From: Kiritimatiellia bacterium
GTDB lineage: Bacteria > Verrucomicrobiota > Kiritimatiellia > RFP12 > UBA1067
Direction of reading: 5' to 3'
NCBI GenBank assembly: GCA_050949565.1
Contig: JBMNFY010000010.1
Location: 256,001 to 320,000 of the forward strand
DNA: 64,000 nucleotides
The notes under the pieces: model-generated
What the model saw: only the letters and a program-made list of their open reading frames with translations
Told to the model about the DNA's origin: nothing
Database searches by the model: none
Program-made: the position numbers and the translations under genes
Part shown: in pieces, positions 1-8,260 of the stretch
Numbering within the stretch: position 1 is the first letter of the stretch
Layout: every line of letters starts with the position of its first letter

Positions 1-2
1 TG

Positions 3-428
3 ACCAACACAGGCGGGCTTGAAATCTATATCGTTCCGAATATCGCGCCCGGCGTTGCGGGAAGAAGTTTAGGTAGTCAAGGAATATTAGTCAACGGAAG
101 CGTCACCTCTCATATTCTTGCGCACGAGATCGGACATCGATGCGGCTGGAAGGACATCTACATCTCGCGGCCAAATGTCCCGCCTGTGAGCGGTCCCGTC
201 TCCATTGGCCGATTGCCGCTGGACTGGAACAACGGGCCGGGACCGGAGGAGTACTATCCGCGCGGGCTACAACAAGCTACACTGATTGTGCGACTCCTCA
301 TGTATGGTACCACGGCGGGGGGCAAAGACATTCCAACTGGCTCGGTGTACGGGTTGAACAAAGAGAAGGTTCTTGCCAACATCGTAACCGGGGTGCAGAG
401 TATGAACCGTACCCCATCCCATGACTAA
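3..428 (+). CDS. C-terminal part (5' end outside window) of a secreted zinc metalloprotease / polymorphic toxin
   Basis: Frame open from base 3 to TAA at 428, in frame with ORF 186..428. Encodes ILAHEIGHRCGWKD (HEXXHXXGXXD, metzincin-like) and a downstream LLMYG Met-turn. Confidence 0.8.
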   Translation, partial: TNTGGLEIYIVPNIAPGVAGRSLGSQGILVNGSVTSHILAHEIGHRCGWKDIYISRPNVPPVSGPVSIGRLPLDWNNGPGPEEYYPRGLQQATLIVRLLMYGTTAGGKDIPTGSVYGLNKEKVLANIVTGVQSMNRTPSHD

Positions 429-445
429 TCAACTGAGGAGCAATA

Positions 446-1795
446 ATGACACTCACTAGCATTTTAGCGACTTTCACTATGATTGGTTTGGCACTCGTTT
501 CTATTGAGGCGAATGCTCAGACAAACACAACCCATCTCGATGTTGGACTGGAAATACTGTTCAAACCGTTTCCAGAGAAGGAAAACGGTTCGTCTGAAGG
601 CGATGATTCTAGGGTCGCCCGTGTGTTGGACTGGCTGGGATGCCGTAAAGGATTACCCATAACAAACGAAATAGATCGGATTCTATTTGCACCGCAAAGT
701 CCTTATCGGCCAATAGCATTCTTCATTCGCCCATACTTTTCCGTGCCGAATGAAAGAAGCTTAGGGAGGCAAGTCGTGAGCACTCTTCCGTACATTGAAC
801 GGAAAACATGTTATGTCACGGCATTGGAACACCTCGATTTCCGTAGAGATAAAGGGACTCGGCTGATGGCACAGGCGGATTCATTGTTACAGGATTGCGC
901 TATAGCAGAGACAGGTGGATATCTGGCCGCTTTACTCGACAAAGGGCTGGTCGAAAATGCCAGTGGTTGGGCAGGGCGGAATGCCCGGAAACATGTTGCC
1001 GTCCGACATGTCAAAGTCGAGGGAGATGCGGGGGGGTATTTCCGTGCCGTTCTTGCTGAAATCGGCTCTCCTTCAAAGCCGTCTTTGACAACTGTCATTT
1101 CCGAACTTTGCGATGTTTATTTTTGTGGCACCGATGAGATTTCTATAGAAGAACAAGAGTTACACCAAAGCTTAAACATCATGCGGTTCGCCCAAGACCA
1201 CAACATGACTGAACCCGAAGCTGTCCGTTTGATGGCGGATGCACTTCGGGAAACTTTACGAAAAAAAGAAACTGATGAGCGCGGACGGTTAAATTTGTAT
1301 AGCCTGATCACAGCCCTCAGTCTAAGCCGAGGGTTCGGCACAGAAGGAGTCTTGCTTGATGCGGCATTTTCTGAATGGAACCCGAATCGTTATGCGAGCC
1401 TTTTAGGGTTTCTTCGGATTGCCTCACCCCAAGCCACTCTGAATGCTGCTCGGCGTGTGATTGACGACAAAACCAATTTTACTGCACTTGAGCGTAACGG
1501 TTGCTACAAGAAACTCGCCGAATTAGCCGGTTCTCGGGAAAGCGAAAGGACAGATATTCAGAATGAAATCGTGTCATTTCTACAAACCTCAACAGAAAGA
1601 GAGCCAGACGCTTTTATTTGTCATATGCTTGACGTAAAACTTTTGAATATTTTGCCGGATTGGGAAAATTCGGAGAACCGTAGAAAACTTGCCGCAAGAT
1701 TTGCGGATCAGGGTGACCAGAATGCTATCGGGTCTTATTTCCGAGAGGTGCTACAAAAGATCGATAACAGTTCACAAAGAGAAAAGCAAAAATGA
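446..1795 (+). CDS. Secreted helical protein, putative immunity protein of the upstream metalloprotease
   Basis: 449 aa, GAGGAG RBS, signal peptide ending ANA-Q, lower GC than flanks, directly after the toxin stop. Confidence 0.65.
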   Translation: MTLTSILATFTMIGLALVSIEANAQTNTTHLDVGLEILFKPFPEKENGSSEGDDSRVARVLDWLGCRKGLPITNEIDRILFAPQSPYRPIAFFIRPYFSVPNERSLGRQVVSTLPYIERKTCYVTALEHLDFRRDKGTRLMAQADSLLQDCAIAETGGYLAALLDKGLVENASGWAGRNARKHVAVRHVKVEGDAGGYFRAVLAEIGSPSKPSLTTVISELCDVYFCGTDEISIEEQELHQSLNIMRFAQDHNMTEPEAVRLMADALRETLRKKETDERGRLNLYSLITALSLSRGFGTEGVLLDAAFSEWNPNRYASLLGFLRIASPQATLNAARRVIDDKTNFTALERNGCYKKLAELAGSRESERTDIQNEIVSFLQTSTEREPDAFICHMLDVKLLNILPDWENSENRRKLAARFADQGDQNAIGSYFREVLQKIDNSSQREKQK

Positions 1796-2040
1796 CGATG
1801 CCGCTCTCGCGGGATCATTTGTCGACTGCCGATTGGAACAACGGGCCGGGGCCGCAGGAATACTATCCGCGCGAGTTGCCGCTGGCAACGGTGATCAAGC
1901 GGTGCCTGATGTTCGGGTACACATCGGGCGGCAAGGACATTCCGGCGGGCCCAATCAAAGGGTATGACAAGGAAGGGAAGTTCGGCCCCGTTCCGGTCGG
2001 GACACAGGGGATGGAACGAAGACCGGCTCACAGTGAATAA
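1792..2040 (+). CDS. Orphan paralogous C-terminal cassette of the metalloprotease toxin (no HEXXH)
   Basis: 82 aa aligns to the end of 3..428 (DWNNGPGPxEYYPR, LMxG, GGKDIPxG, GxQxMxRxPxH). ATGA overlap with the upstream stop. Confidence 0.75.
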   Translation: MTMPLSRDHLSTADWNNGPGPQEYYPRELPLATVIKRCLMFGYTSGGKDIPAGPIKGYDKEGKFGPVPVGTQGMERRPAHSE

Positions 2041-2046
2041 TCCTAC

Positions 2047-2592
2047 GTGATGAAAGCAAAGGAGGAAGCAATGAGAATCAGGTGTGTTTTTTTGACCGCG
2101 TTGATGTTCGGCATGTGTTGGGTTGCCTTGGGGCAATATGTAAGCCCGACAGACTCTGCAACGCGTATCCATAGGGTGGCTCCGACGACGAGGCCGTGGT
2201 ATGAACCGGACGACTCGCTGGTGTCGATGACGTTTCTCGCGGAAACGGTGGTCAAGCGGGTTCCCGCTGAACAGCGGAGAGCATGGTATAACGATTCGCG
2301 CCGCCTCTCCTTCAAACCCGCGATAGACGCGCAATATATCGACCGCCCGTCCCGCGAGGCACTCCGTTTCGCGCACTTCCTTTTTACGGAGGCTCTTGCA
2401 AAACCCCTCGTGGCATGGGCGTCCCGCCCATGAAACACGGGCAAGATGCCCGTGCCACACCTGCACGCAAGGGGTTTTGCAAGAGCCTCTACGGTAAAAC
2501 AGATCGAGAGCGACCCCGAGTGCCTGCGAGCCATCGGGAATCCCGTCGATCCGAAGCGGGAGTGTCAACAAGAGAGAAAGGATAAAAAATGA
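2047..2592 (+). pseudogene. Secreted putative immunity protein interrupted by a MITE
   Basis: Signal peptide. Removing 2389-2489 plus one TACG copy restores an open 146-aa frame (..HFLFT|VKQIESDPEC..KDKK*) whose TGA overlaps the ATG at 2589. Confidence 0.8.
2389..2489. mobile_element. 101-bp MITE: IS-derived TIRs enclosing an inverted REP pair
   Basis: TIRs GAGGCTCTTGCAAAACCCCT / AGGGGTTTTGCAAGAGCCTC; 4-bp target duplication TACG (2385-2388, 2490-2493); near-identical to 48516-48618. Confidence 0.92.
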
Positions 2593-3341
2593 TGACGATG
2601 CTGATGGGTGTTTTGCTGTGCTTTTTAGGCGCTTTTCATGCGTCCGCCGCTGTGGTGTCGCAATGCGAGGCTGTCGCGGACAGAGTGCTCGTGAATGCGG
2701 ATGGTTGTGTGCTGTCATGGATATCTTTGCGCGAAGGGGCGGCATGGAGCCCGGCCATCGCGGGGGCGACGTCTTGGGGATTGCCCGCGTTGGAAACGGA
2801 GGGGATCACGTTCGATACGCCGGGCGCCCCGGCCTCGCCGTTCTGCTCCAGTGCCATTTCGGTTTCGACGCTCTTCATCGTAGCGTGTCCGGCAGAATCA
2901 TCCAATCACTTTGCCGCACTTGTCGAGGCCCCCGGGGTGGCTGTGACAGTGGCTGCCCGTGCTTTGCCGCTGACCTACGACCCCGAGGATGCCGAAGGGC
3001 TTTCCGTACGCGTCAACGGCCAACCGGTGTTGACGTTTCCCGACGGGCGGCATATCGTGGAGGTTGATTTCGCGCAGGCTGTGCCCGGCTGCGACCTTCG
3101 GATAGGCGGGGTCTCGGCATGCGCTTCGTGGCGGCAATCGTGGCGCGGCCACATATCGGAGGTTGTCGCGTTTGACACGTCGCCCGATGAGGCTGTCCGT
3201 CGGACTGTCCGTAGCTACCTCGCCCGCCGCCACGGTGTCGCGGGATACTTCCCGCCGCCCGGACCCGAGGCCGTTCTGCAGGCCATGTCGCTCGGCCTGT
3301 ATACGCACGCCCTTTTCTCAACGCAGTTGTTCATGCGATAA
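2589..3341 (+). CDS. Secreted hypothetical protein, C-terminal half LamG/ConA-like
   Basis: 250 aa, signal peptide; WRGHISEVVAFD...VRSYLARRHGV resembles LamG-type C-termini. Confidence 0.6.
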   Translation: MMTMLMGVLLCFLGAFHASAAVVSQCEAVADRVLVNADGCVLSWISLREGAAWSPAIAGATSWGLPALETEGITFDTPGAPASPFCSSAISVSTLFIVACPAESSNHFAALVEAPGVAVTVAARALPLTYDPEDAEGLSVRVNGQPVLTFPDGRHIVEVDFAQAVPGCDLRIGGVSACASWRQSWRGHISEVVAFDTSPDEAVRRTVRSYLARRHGVAGYFPPPGPEAVLQAMSLGLYTHALFSTQLFMR

Positions 3342-3415
3342 ATTACGAACGTCTCGTACCGGTTTTTATAGGCACTTACTACTCATTACCTGTTACTTCT
3401 TACTCCGTGTGCTTG

Positions 3416-4378
3416 CTACGGCGCGTTACCGGCTGGCGCGGGTGGTGCCGTGAGCCGTTCCTTGCGGTTTTGCAGCACGGTTTGAAGCTGGGCCTTGGTG
3501 ATGCCGAAGTCCATGCGCACCGCACTGCCTTCACAGGTGATGCCGATCTGCGAGGCCAGTCCCGCCGCTTCCGGCTCTTCGGCGGCGCGCAACATGGCGA
3601 GGGCACGGAGGCCCATCAACGCCTGATACACCTGTTGCGCCGTTTGTTCATCCGCCGCGGTGACCGCGAGCGCGGTCTTGAGGGTCTCAGCGTTCGGCGT
3701 TCCGATCCGCAAGCTGAGCGACTTGGCCTGACGTAAGGCCTGGGCGGTGGGCTGTGTGCCCACGATATCCGCCAAGTCCGAAGCGTGAAGGGTCAGCACG
3801 TCGCCGGGCGAAGGCGTGAATGCCGCGCGCAAGGGCGTGTTGGCGGGAAGGCTGGGACGGCGCGCGGCCAGCACATCAAGCGCTTTCACCAGCGGACCGG
3901 CTTGATCGGAAAAGAGCGCGAGCCCCGGCTTGGCAAATGCTGCGTGTTTCGTTTTTTTGTCGGCCTTATCGTGCCAACGCTGGATCACAGTGCCGTGATA
4001 GTTGGAAGTGGAATAGTCATCGGCTCCCGCAAGGATGGTCGTTAGGCGCTGCGCGTCAAATCGGCCATAGATATAGGCGACGCCGCCTTTTGATGCATCG
4101 CCGTCGCCTGCGATCACGATATGGTCGATATCCTTTTTCAGGTTCACGCCGAACATCGCTTCGATAGCCGCGAGTTTGCGCTCAGCCTCCTGACGCTTGT
4201 CGGCGTCGATCTGATCGCGCACAAAAGAGAACAGCGGCGAGGCCTGCACCGCTTTCAGATCCAGCATCAGTACCCAGTGGGTCTGGGCGGAGAAATCACG
4301 CGCTTCGATAGCGTGGAGTCGGCAGGCGCACGCCAACATCAGCGCGGCCGTGAATGCGAAAGCAGGTTTCATAGTCAT
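3416..4378 (-). CDS. Secreted hypothetical protein
   Basis: 320 aa ORF, signal peptide, AAGGA RBS, natural composition. Confidence 0.75.
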   Translation of the reverse strand: MTMKPAFAFTAALMLACACRLHAIEARDFSAQTHWVLMLDLKAVQASPLFSFVRDQIDADKRQEAERKLAAIEAMFGVNLKKDIDHIVIAGDGDASKGGVAYIYGRFDAQRLTTILAGADDYSTSNYHGTVIQRWHDKADKKTKHAAFAKPGLALFSDQAGPLVKALDVLAARRPSLPANTPLRAAFTPSPGDVLTLHASDLADIVGTQPTAQALRQAKSLSLRIGTPNAETLKTALAVTAADEQTAQQVYQALMGLRALAMLRAAEEPEAAGLASQIGITCEGSAVRMDFGITKAQLQTVLQNRKERLTAPPAPAGNAP

Positions 4379-4414
4379 GGGGAGTTCCTTTCAGAAATCA
4401 ACGATGAACCGCAC

Positions 4415-5194
4415 TTACGGTTTCAGCGGCTTGATCTCCACTTTGCGGAAATCGACCGGGTGGCTTTCCGACTGAAGCGAGATACTGCCGCCCTCGATCA
4501 GCACATTACCGCCGTTCGCTTCAATCAAACGTTTGGCATCGCCGTCTTTCGGATCGTACTGCGGCTTGTCATATTGGAGGACCGTCACGCCGTCGATGCG
4601 GTGGATGATGGTCTGGCTACCGCGCGCTTCGACCTCCACGGTGACCCACTGATCGCCGTGATAGGTCTTCGATGTCGAGCTGAGTCCGTGAGGCGTGTAG
4701 AGTGCGCCGTCCCGCTCGACATTCGTGCCCGGTGTGCAGAGGTTGGCGGTTGTCCGGTTGCCGGAGCCGAGACCGCCGAGGAATTGGACCTCAATCGAAA
4801 CCGGGAAATCCTGATCTTTGCGCATCGACTCCGGCGACTGGCCGTGGACCATCACGCCGCTGTTGCGCTTGGCCCATCCCGGACCGTCGGGCAGTTGCTC
4901 GCCGACAAAGCGGTATTCGATGCGCAGGATGTAGTTGGTGAACGGGGTTTTGTAGAAAAGGTGTCCGAAGCGGTTTTTGAACGCACCGCCATATTCGTCG
5001 TAACGCACCTTGATCAGGCCGTCCTCGACACGGAACGTATTAGCGAAATTTTCGCCTGCTGGGTAACCCTTGATTTTGGGTGTCCAGCCATCCAGGTCCT
5101 TGCCGTTGAATAGCGGGGTCCATCCGTCGTTGGCCGATGCGCAACAGGCTGCGGCGAAAATCAAAGCGGCCAAACTTTTTGCGGTCAATGTCAT
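4415..5194 (-). CDS. DUF1080 (3-keto-disaccharide hydrolase family) secreted protein
   Basis: GWTPLFNGKDLDGW, NSGVMVH, GSISLQSESHPVDFRKVEIK motifs; signal peptide. Confidence 0.92.
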   Translation of the reverse strand: MTLTAKSLAALIFAAACCASANDGWTPLFNGKDLDGWTPKIKGYPAGENFANTFRVEDGLIKVRYDEYGGAFKNRFGHLFYKTPFTNYILRIEYRFVGEQLPDGPGWAKRNSGVMVHGQSPESMRKDQDFPVSIEVQFLGGLGSGNRTTANLCTPGTNVERDGALYTPHGLSSTSKTYHGDQWVTVEVEARGSQTIIHRIDGVTVLQYDKPQYDPKDGDAKRLIEANGGNVLIEGGSISLQSESHPVDFRKVEIKPLKP

Positions 5195-5294
5195 GTCGGG
5201 TCTCCTGAAAAGTTGAAAAACACACGTGTGAGACGATCAGGCCACGTAGCCTCAAGGTTGGGAACAGTGTTACATAAGCGCGCGTCGAAGGCAA

Positions 5295-5455
5295 TGTTGA
5301 ACCTGACATGTTGAACCTGAAAAGAGCAGTTGAACCTTCAACACCCTTTAGTTTCAGGTTTCATGGTTTCATCCCAATCGGGATCGCTATCGGGATCGAT
5401 TGTTTAACCACGGAACACGGAAGGGATAAAAACTCCTAACTCCTAACTCCTAAAT
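5295..5455. repeat. Intergenic cluster of several short tandem repeat families
   Basis: GTTGAACCT x3, GTTTCA x3, ATCGGG-ATCGCT-ATCGGG, TTAACCACGGAACACGGAA, (ACTCCTA)x3. Confidence 0.75.
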
Positions 5456-7167
5456 CCGCGCACAGCGGTGAGGATATCTTTCTGCGCTTGCTTGGCGCGT
5501 AACCCGCGTGTGACGGTAATCGGTTGGCCGGTGAAGGGGTTGATCCCAGTGTAGTACATCGCGGTCGACCACGTGGACGGGGTCGGCGTGAAGATCTGGA
5601 CTTGCTCGGGTGCAAGGCGCAGGTGCCGTGAGGCGAACTGTTTGAGCGCGAGCATCTCGGCATCGCCGCAACCGGGGTGCGCCGCGATGAAGTAGTAGGT
5701 CAGAAATTGCTTGAGGTGATGACGCTCATTCGCCGCACGGAACAGCTTCACGAAATCCAACAGTGACTCTTGGCCGGGCTTGCCCATCGCGCGCAGGACG
5801 CGGGGATCGGCGTGCTCGGGCGCGAGCTTGAGTTGGCCTGAGACGTGGTGCGCGACCAGTTCGTCGATGTAAGCCGCGCCGTGATTCGGATCGGCCGCGA
5901 TCAGGTCGGGGCGAATGCCGGACGCCACAAACACTTTACGTACGCCAGGCAGGCGGCGCAGGCGTCTGAGCAGGGAAATCTGTGCGCTGTGGTCGGGCTT
6001 GAGTGCCGGACAGCAGGTCGGGAAGAGGCAACGCTTGGATGCGCAGGCACCCTGTTTGGTTTTGCGCTCGCACTCAAAGCCGTACATGTTGGCAGTGGGG
6101 CCGCCCACGTCTTGGATGATGCCGGTGAAGGCGGGGTGGCGCGTCAGGCGGCGCGCTTCTTCCACGATCGAGTCTTCGGAGCGGCTGACGACCTGTCGGC
6201 CCTGGTGGATGGCAATCGCACAGAAGTTGCACTCACCATAACAGCCACGGTGCGTCGCCAGCGAGAAGCGGATGGTGTCCAGCGCACGGACTTTGCCTTT
6301 GGCCGCGTGGATGGGATGCACGTCGAGCGTGAAGGGCAACGCATGCACGGCATCCAATTCGGCAGTCGAGAGCGGCGTGTCCGGCGGCATGTGCACCAGA
6401 CAGCGTGTGTCGATCTGCTGTAAGAGGGGGCGCGCGGTATGCGGATCCTGATTGGCGGCAAAGAGACGAAACATCTCAAGAAAGGCCGCGCGGCCTGCCG
6501 GTGTGGCTGCGGCCACCGAGGCGTAGTCGGGCAGATGCAACGCATCGGCCGGCAACGAGTCGGAGTTTGCAGGCTGCGCGTAGCAGATGCTGCGCAGACG
6601 GCGCCAATCGTGTCCGTCGCGCAGCGCATGTGCCAGCAGGGTCATGGTGCGCTCGCCCATGCCGTAAACCAAGATGTCGGCCTTGGCGTCGAAGAGCACG
6701 GGGCGGCGCACGGAGTCGGACCAGTAATCGTAGTGCGCGATGCGCCGCAGGCTGGCCTCGATGCCACCGATAACGATGGGGCGGCAGGGTTTGAATGCGC
6801 GTCGGATCAGATTGCAATACGCAATGACCGCGCGGTCAGGACGCACGTTATTGACGCCGCCGGGCGTGAAGTCGTCCTGTCGCCGCTTCTTGCCAGTCGC
6901 CGTGTAGTTGGCGACCATCGAGTCGACACAACCACCGGAAACTCCCCAGAAGAGGCGCGGCTCGCCGAGACGGCGGATGTCATCGAGGCTCGCGACATCG
7001 GGCTGGGCAATGATGGCGGTGCGAAAGCCCGCCGCCAGTAGCGTTCGCCCGATGACGGCAATCCCGCAGAAGGGCGAGTCGATGTAGGCGTCACCCGACA
7101 CCAAGATAACATCCAGCGCATCCCAACCCAGTCGCTCGATTTCGGCGGTTGTGCAGGGCAGAAACAT
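5443..7167 (-). CDS. ygiQ: YgiQ/UPF0313 family radical SAM protein
   Basis: LDVILVSGDAYIDSP N-terminus, HRGCYGECNFC motif, GGPTANMYG, EQVQIFTPTPST. Confidence 0.92.
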   Translation of the reverse strand: MFLPCTTAEIERLGWDALDVILVSGDAYIDSPFCGIAVIGRTLLAAGFRTAIIAQPDVASLDDIRRLGEPRLFWGVSGGCVDSMVANYTATGKKRRQDDFTPGGVNNVRPDRAVIAYCNLIRRAFKPCRPIVIGGIEASLRRIAHYDYWSDSVRRPVLFDAKADILVYGMGERTMTLLAHALRDGHDWRRLRSICYAQPANSDSLPADALHLPDYASVAAATPAGRAAFLEMFRLFAANQDPHTARPLLQQIDTRCLVHMPPDTPLSTAELDAVHALPFTLDVHPIHAAKGKVRALDTIRFSLATHRGCYGECNFCAIAIHQGRQVVSRSEDSIVEEARRLTRHPAFTGIIQDVGGPTANMYGFECERKTKQGACASKRCLFPTCCPALKPDHSAQISLLRRLRRLPGVRKVFVASGIRPDLIAADPNHGAAYIDELVAHHVSGQLKLAPEHADPRVLRAMGKPGQESLLDFVKLFRAANERHHLKQFLTYYFIAAHPGCGDAEMLALKQFASRHLRLAPEQVQIFTPTPSTWSTAMYYTGINPFTGQPITVTRGLRAKQAQKDILTAVRGFRS

Positions 7168-7186
7168 GGGCGTGTTGCGCTGTGCG

Positions 7187-8206
7187 TTACTCGTGTACCT
7201 CGACCGACAGGCGCAGGTAGGTTTCGACCCGCTCGCCGGGAGCGATCATGCGGAGCGTTCCGCGTTCCGCGTTCTGCGCCTGGCCTTCCGGGAAGCAGTT
7301 GGCCGGTTCGAGTCCCACCACATATTCCCCTTGTCCCATCATCTTCCATTGAATCAGGTAGGGGAGTTCCGCGACGCGGTACGTCACGCAAAATGTCAGC
7401 CCGAGGTTTTCATTCACGAGCCGGGCCGACGCGAGGCCCTGACGGTTTTTGGGCAGGGTGTGGTAGTAGACCTGCTCGGCGAAACCGGGAATCGGGGCGG
7501 TGATCTCGGCCCATTCGGCGAGACCAGACGCGGCGTGGTCATTTTGCGGGACGACTTTATGGCGGGGCATTTCGAGCCGCGCGCCGTCATCGACCAGCGG
7601 CCAGCCCAGATTCATGTGGTAGAGCAGCATCAGCGGAACTTCAGCGTAGCCGCGATTCTCAATGGTGTCGCACACGGTAATCGCACTCTCGCCGAGGGTC
7701 GCCGTGATGCGGCGCGTCAGCACGAGATTTTCAAAAAAGACCTTGCTCTGGCGGACACGGCCGCTGATGCTGAGCGTGTAGCGTCCGTCCTCTGTCCATG
7801 ACGCGTCGGTATTGACCGCTTCCGCCGGCAGATGACTGAGGCGGCCGTGCAAGCCGTGATCGTCGCCGCCGGAGGCGTTCGGTCCGCCCACGTTGCTAAG
7901 GCCGCAGCCGGTGAGCAGTCCGCCCGGCCATGTGCGCAGCCATTCGATTCCGGTGCGGTCATAGAAGGCCGGACCGACCTCGCCGTTACGCGACAACCAA
8001 GCCAGCGGGATGTCGCAAAACGTTGCCGCGCCGATGTCCATGCCGCGATCGGGATACACGGTAAAGATCAACCCGCTGCCGGTGTTGACCTCCAGAATAC
8101 GCATGCCGCGTCCTTTGCCGTCGTCCGAAACCAAGCGGCGGATCGACGCGAGCTGTTCCATGGTGCCCAAGCGCGGCGCGAGATATGAAGCATTGAGGTT
8201 TTTCAT
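7187..8206 (-). CDS. Aldose 1-epimerase family protein (DUF4432)
   Basis: PDRGMDIG, GGLLTGCGL, HGLHGRLS, LLYHMNLGWP, VGLEPAN motifs. Confidence 0.88.
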   Translation of the reverse strand: MKNLNASYLAPRLGTMEQLASIRRLVSDDGKGRGMRILEVNTGSGLIFTVYPDRGMDIGAATFCDIPLAWLSRNGEVGPAFYDRTGIEWLRTWPGGLLTGCGLSNVGGPNASGGDDHGLHGRLSHLPAEAVNTDASWTEDGRYTLSISGRVRQSKVFFENLVLTRRITATLGESAITVCDTIENRGYAEVPLMLLYHMNLGWPLVDDGARLEMPRHKVVPQNDHAASGLAEWAEITAPIPGFAEQVYYHTLPKNRQGLASARLVNENLGLTFCVTYRVAELPYLIQWKMMGQGEYVVGLEPANCFPEGQAQNAERGTLRMIAPGERVETYLRLSVEVHE

Positions 8207-8260
8207 GGTGATAGCTTAGACCGGCATGCGTTACAACGCAACTATTTTCCTGCTCTAACT

